The position numbers were made by a program, and so were the translations under genes. DNA of 64,000 bases from a plasmid. The notes under the pieces were generated by a model. That model was not told the origin of the DNA and searched no databases. It saw nothing but the letters and a program-made list of their open reading frames with translations. Within the stretch, counting starts at the first letter, position 1; each line of letters begins with the position of its first letter. The stretch lies in the sequence record NZ_CP143948.1. One strand, written 5' to 3'. Below, one piece after another: positions 44,506 through 54,445 of this stretch.

Positions 44506-44646
44506 TTAGGTTTCGTTCTATACAGTAAGATTATTATATCATTACCATAGTACTATTTCAATGATAATTTGACAATATTCGTCATTTTTGACATATCGCC
44601 TAATTTCGGAAATGATTTATAGTCAAATACACTAATTTCCCGCTTA

Positions 44647-44949
44647 TTACACCTCGAAATCCATACATGCCCTATTTGCAGTAAATGGTCTCACCTTGGT
44701 ATCCGCCACTGCAACATGCTTAGGATTCTTTGCATACGCTGCAAGTGCATCAGCATCCTCAAATGTAGTATCAAGCATCACATCTACGGTAGATGTCGGA
44801 AGATAATCTGTGCGAACTGAAATGTCGATCATTCCCGGAATCTGTCCCTTAAGTCCCTCTAAGCCTTCCTTTATGCCGGCACGTATTTCAGCCTTCTGTG
44901 CCTCTGTGTACTCATCCTTGAGTGTCCATAAAATAATGTGTTTAACCAT
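44647..44949 (-). CDS. Dabb-family stress-responsive dimeric alpha/beta-barrel protein
   Basis: 100 aa; MVKHIILWTLKDE-type Dabb signature. Confidence 0.65.
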   Translation of the reverse strand: MVKHIILWTLKDEYTEAQKAEIRAGIKEGLEGLKGQIPGMIDISVRTDYLPTSTVDVMLDTTFEDADALAAYAKNPKHVAVADTKVRPFTANRACMDFEV

Positions 44950-45205
44950 TGTGTTCCTCCTGAGTTTATCAGGTCTTTCGACCAGTCCAAACTATAACAT
45001 AATAATTTCTTTAATGTTCATCTCTTCTATAGTTCAAAACCATAAGGTGAATGGAGACCTTTGTATGAATAATATGCCATTCAGACCGCTATGTCAATTA
45101 CATATTCTACCCCATCGCTTCGTTTCCTACCCCATTTTGCACCTTTTGTGGCAGAAAACATATTAGGTACAGTTTAGAATACATTTATTATTCAAATCAT
45201 TTAAT

Positions 45206-45730
45206 TTACATTTCTCTTTTAGCTTCTACCTTTGTTGCATATTTCCACGTCTTTCCGCAATCTTTTGAATAGATACTTTCCCAACTAAATGTATCCTTCT
45301 CAATATTTTTGAAATTCCATTGCCATATAGTTGTATCATTCGCATCTTTATTAATCCCTGTTTGTATAATATCATTCTCCAATTCTTCGGCGATTAACCT
45401 ATCAACACTCCATTTGGAAACGTACACTATATTCCACTTTTTTGAATTATCTATCATTGGAACTCGTATTGTTGTTCCATAATCTCCGTATAAAGTATCT
45501 TCCTCTGTCCATTCTCCTCTTTTGGGACAAATGAAGACATCTTGAATTCCATACCCATCCATGACATATGAAAAAAGCCACTCACCTTCTTTTGTATCTT
45601 CAATCTTCCCCTCTTCATCATATGTAGTCATTGTAAACGACCAATTTCCAACAAATCTACTATACAATGATAAATCTGTGTTATTATTCGCATTATTGCT
45701 TCCTAATGCTTCTAAAAATTCATTTTTCAT
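45206..45730 (-). CDS. Hypothetical protein (AT-rich, Trp-rich, 174 aa)
   Basis: ORF with AT-rich codon usage; no motif recognised. Confidence 0.4.
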   Translation of the reverse strand: MKNEFLEALGSNNANNNTDLSLYSRFVGNWSFTMTTYDEEGKIEDTKEGEWLFSYVMDGYGIQDVFICPKRGEWTEEDTLYGDYGTTIRVPMIDNSKKWNIVYVSKWSVDRLIAEELENDIIQTGINKDANDTTIWQWNFKNIEKDTFSWESIYSKDCGKTWKYATKVEAKREM

Positions 45731-45763
45731 TAGCGTACACTCTCCTCCCGATAAACATGTTGC

Positions 45764-46285
45764 TTATTTATCATTTGTAGTAATTGAATAAACAACCAAA
45801 TCCCTATATTCCCCTGTGTTTTTATCAATTCTTCTTTTTCTTAAAACCCCATCCTTAATAAAACCTACCTTTTCAAGCAGATTAAGCGAAGGTTTATTAT
45901 CTATATTACATTTTGCCTCAATGAGATACAGTCTATCTTTTGACAAGTATTCTGAAATCATCTTTTTTACAGCTTCAGTGCCATAACCTTTACCATGCCA
46001 CTTTTCACCAATAACATAACCAATTTCACCAATCCTTAATTCTTGATATGGTATATCAAAAGATATATATCCTATACATGCACCACTTTCTTTTTCAACA
46101 ATTACCCATGCATTCGTATTTTTCACCATAGCATTTACAAAAGAATTCATCTGATCCATATTCATTGGATATCCCATTATAAAATCACCCAAATGCTCAT
46201 CTGTCCCCCATCCCTCGAAGCATATTGAAGCATCTTCATTCACAAAATGGCGGATGTATAATCGCTCTGTTTCTATTTTCATCAT
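45764..46285 (-). CDS. GNAT family N-acetyltransferase (RimJ/RimL-like)
   Basis: ERLYIRHF...WHGKGYGTEA acetyl-CoA binding motif. Confidence 0.8.
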   Translation of the reverse strand: MMKIETERLYIRHFVNEDASICFEGWGTDEHLGDFIMGYPMNMDQMNSFVNAMVKNTNAWVIVEKESGACIGYISFDIPYQELRIGEIGYVIGEKWHGKGYGTEAVKKMISEYLSKDRLYLIEAKCNIDNKPSLNLLEKVGFIKDGVLRKRRIDKNTGEYRDLVVYSITTNDK

Positions 46286-46429
46286 AAAAATCCTTTTCCA
46301 TCTACATTATGACTTGGCACCACTACATCAATTAATCCTACTATAACATACTTTTAAACTGTAAAAAAGGGTTTCCGAGAAATCTCGGAAACCCTTGAAT
46401 TTACTAGATATTTACACTACTAACAAGTA

Positions 46430-46484
46430 ATTACTCGATAACTGTAGCAACACGTCCAGAACCTACTGTACGTCCACCCTCACG
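46430..46484 (-). repeat. 55-bp copy of the tuf 3' end (last 17 codons plus stop), direct repeat of 50184-50238 with one synonymous mismatch
   Basis: ATTACTCGATAACTGTAGCAACACGTCCAGA(A/T)CCTACTGTACGTCCACCCTCACG is present at both sites. The relic copy forms a 22-codon mini-ORF (46431-46499) with its own GAGGT RBS. Confidence 0.85.
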
Positions 46485-46704
46485 ATACTTTAATATCATT
46501 TTACCTCATATTTTTTATGGTTTTCTCTCCAAAATACAGTGAAAAACGACTGATTTGTACTATTTATTTTTATTTGCCTGATTTCTTGGCACCGTTTTGG
46601 CACCGGAAGCCTCAGTCAAAAAGCTTCTCTTCTGCTGTTTATACTCTTCTCTATCAGCTTTAATTTATAGCCAAAAAGCAGCCAGTTTTTCATATAAATA
46701 ATTT

Positions 46705-47985
46705 CTAATAACTTTTATCGCCTTTCTTCAAAGGAGAAAACGTAATCTTATTTGCCAAAAGAAAAAGAATTATTATTACAATACCAAATCCCACAAAAAG
46801 TGAACTTGTATCAACAACAGTAACTTTGTATATAATACTAATCACAAAAGATACCACTGGCGCGCATGCGTATGTAAGTGAAAATCGAATTGCAGAAACA
46901 CGTCCTATATATTCTTTAGTAACTTCTTTTACAAATTTCACTTGTACATAAGTAATCATTAATCCCAATGCTGCACCAATTATTATCGAACCGATTAGCA
47001 ACAGTAATTTTTGAGTTATAGGATTTGCAATATATTTTGAAACAAATGCAATAAAAACATAGTATACACCTAAAACAATTCCACAAAATGTAACAAGTGT
47101 ATTATTTTTTTTCTCCTCTTTCATTTTTGCAAAAGTCAATGATCCCAAAATAGTACCAATAGTTACGCTTACACTTAGTAATGAAACAATTTTGGCATCT
47201 CCACTAAACATTTCTCTTGCAATCGGGGCGAGCAGTGCATCAAATGGAACCACTGCTGAATTAATTAGAATACATAAAAAACATAGTTTTAATAGCTTCT
47301 TATGGTCAAATACATAACTAAATCCATCTCTAAGCGAAATTAAATATTCTCTGCCAATTATTCGGTTTGTCTTCTTTTCTTCTTGAACAGAAAATTCTAT
47401 TTTTACTATAAGCAACGCTGATATTAAAAATATCAAAGCATCTATCGCTAAAGAAATACCTATTCCAAATGAACTAATCACTATGCCTGACAAGCCAGTT
47501 CCAACTAATACTGCTATTTTGGTACAAGACACATTGACACTTACACCTTTATCATAATGTTCATTAGGAAGTACATGCTGAATAACTGCTACCCCTGCTG
47601 GCATATGAAATGCTTCTATTAATGAAATGGATATTGTCATAAAAACCAATATTAATGGTGAAAGCATGTTTTGTGTATATACATATAATATATACAAAAC
47701 TAACAGAACTCGAGCTATATCTGAAAGTACTAACACTTTCTTTTTATTCATATTCTCGACTAATGGACCTATAAATGGTTGAATAATTACAGAAGTAGCT
47801 TGATTAATACCAAAAATAATCGCAGACCACCCTGCACTATTTGTAAGTAAATATACCAACCATGTAAAAAGTATTGTATCTAATGAATCACCACAGCGGT
47901 TAATAATATTAGAAGTCAGCAGATAAACATAATTGTGGTTATGATATAACTCATGTTTATTCATATTTGTTACCTCTCTAATCAT
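46705..47985 (-). CDS. MFS transporter (putative exporter of the adjacent RiPP-like product)
   Basis: 426 aa, about 12 TM; 4-nt ATGA overlap with the upstream radical-SAM gene. Confidence 0.7.
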   Translation of the reverse strand: MIREVTNMNKHELYHNHNYVYLLTSNIINRCGDSLDTILFTWLVYLLTNSAGWSAIIFGINQATSVIIQPFIGPLVENMNKKKVLVLSDIARVLLVLYILYVYTQNMLSPLILVFMTISISLIEAFHMPAGVAVIQHVLPNEHYDKGVSVNVSCTKIAVLVGTGLSGIVISSFGIGISLAIDALIFLISALLIVKIEFSVQEEKKTNRIIGREYLISLRDGFSYVFDHKKLLKLCFLCILINSAVVPFDALLAPIAREMFSGDAKIVSLLSVSVTIGTILGSLTFAKMKEEKKNNTLVTFCGIVLGVYYVFIAFVSKYIANPITQKLLLLIGSIIIGAALGLMITYVQVKFVKEVTKEYIGRVSAIRFSLTYACAPVVSFVISIIYKVTVVDTSSLFVGFGIVIIILFLLANKITFSPLKKGDKSY

Positions 47986-49136
47986 AATTTAGATTGTTTA
48001 ATTTCGCAAGCTATCTTATAAAGATCCTGATGTTTTAAAGCCGCTGCTTTTTCTATAACATTATCAATTTCTGATATATCATTAAGTGATTCCAAATATT
48101 TTTTCCATTTTTTCATTTCAACATTATATGCACAGTATCTATTTTCACTTTCAAATGAGCCGTTAATGCAATAACGACTATTACTACATCCTCCTAAGCA
48201 TCGTTCTGTATAACGACATTCTCTGCAAAATCCTTTTAACTTACTACTATCAAAATTTCTATTCCACTTAAAAGAGTCCGGACTTTCCCAAATCGACTTT
48301 AAAGATTTTTCACGAATATTTCCCGCTACTAATGTTTTATCTCTAATAGAAGTACAAGCAACAATATCTCCATTATGCAGAATACCAATTACATGCTTTC
48401 CTGCTCCACAACCTGTCCAAGACCAATTATCATTAAGAAAATTCTCATTTACTTTTATATCTTTATTGCTATAATAACCTATGCAATCTGCCAAAACAAT
48501 TAACAACTTACCTCCAATTTTATTATATGCAAAATCAATAATAGAAAGAATATCTTGAGGTTCTATAAGCCATTCTGGGCGTTTTGCAAAATTCCCCATT
48601 GGTAATGCAATCTGTAACTGCCAACTATTAACTCCCAAATCACTTAATAATTGATATAGTTCTTCCAATTCACATATATTTTCTTTATTTATTGAAGTTA
48701 TTACTGATGTCGAAATATTATTTTTTCTTAATTCTTTCAATGCTTTAATACTTTTATTGAATGATCCCGATCTCCGTATAAAATCGTGAGTTTTTTCAAG
48801 ACCATCAATACTTAAACAGACACTTCTAATTCCTGATGTTATCGCATTATGAATAAAGTTTTCATCAATCAACCAACCATTTGTAATAATACTTGTTATT
48901 ATGCCATTATCTACTAATCTTTTCGCAATAATATGCCAGTCACTACGTGTCGTAGGTTCCCCTCCAGATAATGTAATAACTTTTAATCCCAAATCTTTTA
49001 ATTGGTCACACACCTCAAGAGCTTCTGATGTATTCAACTCATCGGGTAGCGCTTCTGCACAACTTGAACCGCAATGTTTACAACGCATATTACAACCCAT
49101 TGTTATTTCCCATACAGCTGTAGTTAATTTATTCAT
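47982..49136 (-). CDS. Radical SAM / SPASM-domain peptide maturase
   Basis: CNMRCKHCG (C.3C.2C) radical-SAM cluster at residues 15-22 with no N-terminal RRE, and a C-terminal Cys-rich SPASM region (CRECRYTERCLGGCSNSRYC...CAYN). Confidence 0.85.
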   Translation of the reverse strand: MNKLTTAVWEITMGCNMRCKHCGSSCAEALPDELNTSEALEVCDQLKDLGLKVITLSGGEPTTRSDWHIIAKRLVDNGIITSIITNGWLIDENFIHNAITSGIRSVCLSIDGLEKTHDFIRRSGSFNKSIKALKELRKNNISTSVITSINKENICELEELYQLLSDLGVNSWQLQIALPMGNFAKRPEWLIEPQDILSIIDFAYNKIGGKLLIVLADCIGYYSNKDIKVNENFLNDNWSWTGCGAGKHVIGILHNGDIVACTSIRDKTLVAGNIREKSLKSIWESPDSFKWNRNFDSSKLKGFCRECRYTERCLGGCSNSRYCINGSFESENRYCAYNVEMKKWKKYLESLNDISEIDNVIEKAAALKHQDLYKIACEIKQSKL

Positions 49137-49217
49137 ATATTCTCTCCTATAATCCTTTTTAAATAAAAAAGACCTACTCTATATTTCTTTTTACATAGAG
49201 CAAGTCTTTTCTACAAA

Positions 49218-49325
49218 CTACATTCTCACACCTGTTCCGTACATAACTGGTCCAAATAAGTTCTTAGAGGTTTTTAATTCAGAAATCTTTACAAACTCCA
49301 AGCTCAATTCTTCAAGATTAAACAT
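49218..49325 (-). CDS. RiPP precursor peptide candidate (35 aa: MFNLEELSLEFVKISELKTSKNLFGPVMYGTGVRM)
   Basis: ATG at 49325 is preceded by GGGAGGTG; amphipathic leader-like N-terminus. It lies 81 nt upstream of the rSAM gene on the same strand. The track ORF (68 aa) reads through from an unlikely upstream start. Confidence 0.5.
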   Translation of the reverse strand: MFNLEELSLEFVKISELKTSKNLFGPVMYGTGVRM

Positions 49326-49482
49326 TTTTATCCACCTCCCGTTTATTGAATTTATCTTAAGAATACATCTCTTATTTTCAAATGTCAAGTTATTTTCATT
49401 ATTTTTCCCAAATTTCGAGTTCAAATTCTCGTTTTATTTGTAACATATTTTCCATTTTCTACGCATACATCAGATCTCTTAA

Positions 49483-49926
49483 CCACTTATAAATGTCCGT
49501 AAAATTGCAAAAGCAACTGGAATCAGTGCTACAACCTTATATTCAATCATTCAAAAAGATTCCAATATTCGATTTGATTTTGCTTTAAGACTTGCAAACG
49601 AATTGCAAATTGATGTGAATGAGATATGTTCTGCCAGTCCATTTTCTGACACAATTAAGGAAGAAGAGATTTATCCTACACTTCCAGACGGTTTGAACGG
49701 AGCCTTAGACGCAAGTCGTGTAAAGACTTACTTAAAAAATTCTATGTATCCGTTGATGTATCTTTTTGGCAAAAATAGTATGCCTGATGTAGATAATCTA
49801 CTTACATCATTCTATCAGCTTGATGATGAAGCCAGACAGGAAGTTGTAGAAACAATCCGTCTGAAACTGCAATATCATCGAGATCCGAAACGTGCTGAAC
49901 AGATCAAGCAGATTAAAGGTTGGTAA
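49483..49926 (+). pseudogene. XRE-family HTH regulator, apparently 5'-truncated (no in-frame start upstream of helix 2)
   Basis: In-frame translation from 49483 gives NVRKIAKATGISATTLYSIIQKDSNIRFDFALRLANELQIDVNEI (HTH helices 2-5). A TAA sits at 49480 and all three frames are closed just upstream; the first possible start is TTG 49603, downstream of the HTH. Confidence 0.45.
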
Positions 49927-49931
49927 AAAAT

Positions 49932-49972
49932 CACTCCTGTGAATGGCAAACATTCGCAGGAGTTTCTTTTTG
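49932..49972 (+). terminator. Rho-independent terminator after the XRE gene
   Basis: ACTCCTG...CAGGAGT stem followed by TTCTTTTT. Confidence 0.5.
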
Positions 49973-50092
49973 GGCACCGTTTTGGCACCACTGGTCTTAT
50001 TTTTCAATTTTAAATTTATCTGTATTTTATCTTGCTGATAAATATTTCGCTATTTCTCTACTTATAATTTTTCAAATCATTCTCTCTTTAAG

Positions 50093-50127
50093 ATACAGAA
50101 AAACCCGTAGAACCGAAGTTCTACGGG
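50093..50127 (-). terminator. tuf terminator
   Basis: Minus-sense CCCGUAGAAC-UUCG-GUUCUACGGG hairpin followed by UUUUUCU, about 60 nt below the tuf stop. Confidence 0.7.
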
Positions 50128-50184
50128 TATCTTACGTTTAGACACAACGTTATCTTACGATAACAAATCCATATTAAGATTGTA

Positions 50185-51372
50185 TTACTCGATAACTGTA
50201 GCAACACGTCCAGATCCTACTGTACGTCCACCCTCACGGATAGCGAATGTAAGACCCTGCTCCATAGCTACTGGATGGATGAGCTCGATTGTCATCTCTA
50301 CGTTATCACCAGGCATGCACATCTCTGTTCCTGCTGGAAGCTCGCAAACACCTGTTACGTCTGTTGTTCTGAAGTAGAACTGTGGACGATAGTTGTTGAA
50401 GAATGGAGTATGACGTCCACCCTCGTCCTTTGTAAGAACGTAAACCTGAGCCGTAAACTTATGGTGACATGTTACTGTACCAGGCTTAGCAAGAACCTGT
50501 CCACGAACGATCTGGTCACGGTTAATACCACGGAGAAGTGCTCCGATGTTATCACCAGCCTGAGCCTCGTCTAACTGCTTACGGAACATCTCGATTCCAG
50601 TAACAACAGTCTTCTGAACGTCCTCTTTAACACCAAGGATCTCTAACTCGTCGTTGAGGTGAAGTGTACCACGCTCTACTCTACCAGTTGCAACAGTACC
50701 ACGACCTGTGATTGTGAATACGTCCTCTACTGGCATAAGGAATGGCTTATCTGTATCACGCTGTGGATCTGGGATATAAGAATCAACAGTATCCATAAGC
50801 TCCATGATCTTGTCTCCCCAAGGTCCCATTGGATCCTCAAGAGCCTTAAGAGCTGATCCCTGGATGATTGGGCAATCATTGAATCCGTACTCCTCAAGCT
50901 GCTCTGTAACTTCCATCTCTACGAGCTCGATAAGCTCTGGGTCGTCAACCATATCACACTTGTTAAGGAATACGATGATGTAAGGAACACCTACCTGACG
51001 AGAAAGGAGGATGTGCTCCTTTGTCTGAGCCATAACACCATCAGTAGCAGCAACAACAAGGATAGCACCATCCATCTGAGCTGCACCAGTGATCATGTTC
51101 TTTACGTAGTCAGCATGTCCAGGACAGTCAACGTGTGCGTAATGTCTCTTTTCTGTCTCATACTCAACGTGAGCTGTAGAAATTGTGATTCCACGCTCTC
51201 TCTCCTCTGGAGCCTTATCAATGTTAGCGAAATCTGTAGCTGTGTTACCAGCGACACGAGCTGCTAATACTGCTGTAATAGCTGCTGTTAAAGTTGTTTT
51301 ACCATGATCTACGTGACCGATGGTACCAATATTACAATGTGGTTTTGTTCTTTCAAATTTAGCCTTTGCCAT
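50185..51372 (-). CDS. tuf: Elongation factor Tu
   Basis: 395 aa; [18 protein letters not shown] and NKCD GTPase motifs. Confidence 0.97.
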   Translation of the reverse strand: MAKAKFERTKPHCNIGTIGHVDHGKTTLTAAITAVLAARVAGNTATDFANIDKAPEERERGITISTAHVEYETEKRHYAHVDCPGHADYVKNMITGAAQMDGAILVVAATDGVMAQTKEHILLSRQVGVPYIIVFLNKCDMVDDPELIELVEMEVTEQLEEYGFNDCPIIQGSALKALEDPMGPWGDKIMELMDTVDSYIPDPQRDTDKPFLMPVEDVFTITGRGTVATGRVERGTLHLNDELEILGVKEDVQKTVVTGIEMFRKQLDEAQAGDNIGALLRGINRDQIVRGQVLAKPGTVTCHHKFTAQVYVLTKDEGGRHTPFFNNYRPQFYFRTTDVTGVCELPAGTEMCMPGDNVEMTIELIHPVAMEQGLTFAIREGGRTVGSGRVATVIE

Positions 51373-51437
51373 TTTGAAACGTCCTCCTTAAACTTTTATG
51401 CCCCATGGGCTATTTTTATAATCTACCGACTGCTTTG

Positions 51438-51466
51438 ATTATACGAAATAATCAAAGTTTTTTCAA
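51438..51466 (-). promoter_or_regulatory. tuf-proximal sigma-A promoter (TTGAAA-N17-TATAAT, minus strand)
   Basis: Minus-sense TTGAAA at 51466-51461 and TATAAT at 51443-51438. A CCCCUU-GAAA-AAGGGG hairpin lies just upstream between fusA and this promoter. Confidence 0.5.
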
Positions 51467-51582
51467 GTAAATTTTACGGCAAATCCCCCTTTTTCAAGGG
51501 GAAATGCCTTTATTTTTGATTTTTATACCATATATAGTATATATTTCATCATTTGTACTATAAATTGTTTGCTAATTTGCAA

Positions 51583-53700
51583 TTATTTTGCGTGGTTAGC
51601 AAGCACCTTGTCCTGTACATTCTTTGGAACCGGCTCATATCTGTCGAAGAACATTGAGTAGTTTCCACGTCCCTGTGTCTTAGAACGAAGGTCTGTAGAG
51701 TAACCGAACATCTCTGCAAGTGGTACATATGCATGTACAATCTTTCCACCGCCGAGATCGTCCATACCCTCGATACGTCCACGACGAGAGTTAACATCAC
51801 CGATAACGTCTCCCATGTACTCCTCAGGCATTGTAACCTCTACCTTCATGATAGGCTCAAGTAATACAGGTGCAGCCTTTGCCATAGCCTCTTTGAAACA
51901 CATAGATCCGGCAATGTGGAATGCCATCTCTGATGAATCGACCTCATGGTAAGATCCATCGTATACTGTTGCATGGATACCAACTACCGGGAATCCACCA
52001 AGAGAACCGGCCTTTGTAGCCTCCTCGATACCTTCGCCGATTGATGGGATGTACTCCTTTGGAATAGCACCACCGACAACCTCTGAATCGAACTTGAAAA
52101 GCTCTTCTCCATTGGCATCCATTGGCTCGAAGCGTACCTTACAGTGTCCGTACTGTCCACGTCCACCTGACTGCTTAGCATATTTGTATTCCTGATCAAC
52201 AGCCTTTGTAAATGTCTCCTTGTAAGCAACCTGAGGTGCACCAACGTTTGCCTCAACCTTGAACTCACGGAGAAGACGGTCAACGATGATCTCAAGGTGA
52301 AGCTCACCCATACCAGCGATGATTGTCTGACCTGTTTCCTGATCAGTATGAGCACGGAATGTAGGATCCTCCTCTGCAAGCTTTGCAAGAGCCTCACCTA
52401 ACTTGCCCTGTCCAGCTTTTGTCTTAGGCTCGATAGCGAGCTCGATAACTGGCTCTGGGAACTCCATAGACTCAAGGATAACCGGATGCTGCTCATCACA
52501 GATTGTATCACCTGTTGTTGTGAACTTAAATCCAACAGCAGCAGCGATATCACCTGAGTAAACCTCATCCAACTCCTGTCTCTTATTAGCATGCATCTGA
52601 AGAATACGTCCGATACGCTCTTTCTTATCCTTTGTTGCATTTAATACATATGATCCTGCCTTACATTTTCCTGAGTAAACACGGAAGAATGCAAGCTTTC
52701 CTACAAATGGATCTGCCATGATCTTGAATGCAAGTGCTGAGAATGGCTCATCATCTGATGAATGTCTCTCAATCTCATTTCCCTCAAGATCTGTTCCCTT
52801 GATTGAAGGGATATCTGTAGGAGCTGGCATGTACTCAACGATAGCGTCAAGTAACTTCTGTACACCCTTGTTACGGTATGCAGAACCACAACATACAGGT
52901 ACTGCTGTACACTCACATGTTGCTTTACGAAGAACCTTCTTCATATCCTCTACAGATGGCTCCTCACCCTCAAGATACTGCATCATGAGATCGTCATCTA
53001 ACTCACAGATTTTCTCAATAAGCTCTGTACGGTACTCTGCAGCCTGATCAGCCATATCTCCAAGATCATCAGTAACTGTGATATCGTCACCCTTCTCATC
53101 ATTGTAGATATATGCCTTCATCTCGAAAAGGTCGATAATTCCTTTGAAATCGTCCTCTTTACCGATTGGTAACTGAAGTACGATAGCATTTTTTCCTAAT
53201 CTTGTACGGATCTGGTCAACAGCTCCGTAGAAGTTTGCACCTAAGATATCCATCTTATTGATGAATGCCATACGAGGTACATTGTATGTGTCAGCCTGAC
53301 GCCAAACGTTCTCTGACTGAGGCTCAACACCACCCTTTGCACAGAACACACCAACTGCGCCATCAAGTACACGGAGTGAACGCTCAACTTCTACTGTGAA
53401 GTCAACGTGGCCCGGTGTATCGATGATGTTGATACGATGCTCAAGTGCTCCTGGCTTTGGTTTAGTGAACTCTTCAAGTGTCCAGTGACATGTTGTAGCG
53501 GCAGAAGTAATTGTAATACCTCTTTCCTGCTCCTGCTCCATCCAGTCCATGGTAGCAGTACCTTCATGAGTATCACCGATTTTATAGTTAATACCAGTAT
53601 AATAAAGAATACGCTCTGTCAGTGTTGTTTTACCAGCATCGATATGAGCCATGATTCCAATATTTCTGGTTCTCTCAAGTGGATATTCTCTTCCAGCCAA
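51583..53700 (-). CDS. fusA: Elongation factor G
   Basis: 705 aa; AHIDAGKTT and DTPGHVDF motifs. Confidence 0.97.
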   Translation of the reverse strand: MAGREYPLERTRNIGIMAHIDAGKTTLTERILYYTGINYKIGDTHEGTATMDWMEQEQERGITITSAATTCHWTLEEFTKPKPGALEHRINIIDTPGHVDFTVEVERSLRVLDGAVGVFCAKGGVEPQSENVWRQADTYNVPRMAFINKMDILGANFYGAVDQIRTRLGKNAIVLQLPIGKEDDFKGIIDLFEMKAYIYNDEKGDDITVTDDLGDMADQAAEYRTELIEKICELDDDLMMQYLEGEEPSVEDMKKVLRKATCECTAVPVCCGSAYRNKGVQKLLDAIVEYMPAPTDIPSIKGTDLEGNEIERHSSDDEPFSALAFKIMADPFVGKLAFFRVYSGKCKAGSYVLNATKDKKERIGRILQMHANKRQELDEVYSGDIAAAVGFKFTTTGDTICDEQHPVILESMEFPEPVIELAIEPKTKAGQGKLGEALAKLAEEDPTFRAHTDQETGQTIIAGMGELHLEIIVDRLLREFKVEANVGAPQVAYKETFTKAVDQEYKYAKQSGGRGQYGHCKVRFEPMDANGEELFKFDSEVVGGAIPKEYIPSIGEGIEEATKAGSLGGFPVVGIHATVYDGSYHEVDSSEMAFHIAGSMCFKEAMAKAAPVLLEPIMKVEVTMPEEYMGDVIGDVNSRRGRIEGMDDLGGGKIVHAYVPLAEMFGYSTDLRSKTQGRGNYSMFFDRYEPVPKNVQDKVLANHAK

Positions 53701-53803
53701 GGTTTTTTCCTCCTATATTTAGTGTCCTATGCACAACCGGACTCTGTTACAAATCCGGTCCGCTGCATGAATCAAAAGCAAAGCTGTAAGCTTCTTACAG
53801 AAA

Positions 53804-54295
53804 CTAGAATCTGTAATGTGCGAATGCCTTGTTTGCCTCTGCCATCTTGTGCATATCTTCTTTTCTCTTAACAGATGCGCCTGTGTTGTTAGCTGCATCC
53901 ATGATCTCGTTAGCTAATCTCTCAGCCTGAGTTTTCTCTCCTCTGGCACGTGAGAATGCTGTTAACCAACGAAGGCCTAAAGCCTGACGACGATCAGGGC
54001 GAACCTCGATTGGTACCTGATATGTGGCACCACCGATACGTCTTGCTTTTACTTCGAGAGCTGGCATTACATTGTTCATAGCCTCTTCGAATACTTCAAG
54101 AGCTGGTCTTCCTGTCTTCTCTTCTACTGTAGCAAATGCTCCGTATACAATCTTCTGAGCTACGCCTTTCTTACCGTCTAACATAATGCTGTTAACAAGC
54201 TTTGTAACTACTTTGCTGTTGTACATTGGATCTGCTAATACGTCTCTTTTCTGAGTATGTCCTTTACGTGGCACGTTACTTCCCTCCTTAATCAT
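53804..54295 (-). CDS. rpsG: 30S ribosomal protein S7
   Basis: 163 aa (the track start may be a few codons long). Confidence 0.95.
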   Translation of the reverse strand: MIKEGSNVPRKGHTQKRDVLADPMYNSKVVTKLVNSIMLDGKKGVAQKIVYGAFATVEEKTGRPALEVFEEAMNNVMPALEVKARRIGGATYQVPIEVRPDRRQALGLRWLTAFSRARGEKTQAERLANEIMDAANNTGASVKRKEDMHKMAEANKAFAHYRF

Positions 54296-54445
54296 GATAT
54301 TTGTGGATTAATTCATCGGTACTCACATGTGTCTCTCTAATGTGTTCGTGCGGAATTGTATTCATAAAGTGAAATCCTGCATCTGCAGGTCTAATCCCAA
54401 CACTAACCTACTTTAGTTCTGTTTGTGATACACAATGTTGCTAAA

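Noticed and set aside
44810-45166. 118-aa plus-strand ORF overlapping the Dabb gene
   Set aside because: It overlaps a well-supported minus-strand gene and continues into AT-rich intergenic DNA. No RBS or motif.
49218-49424. 68-aa version of the RiPP precursor ORF (MNSKFGKNNENN...)
   Set aside because: A strong GGGAGGTG RBS is positioned before the internal ATG at 49325 and not before the upstream ATG. The 35-aa product has normal RiPP precursor proportions.
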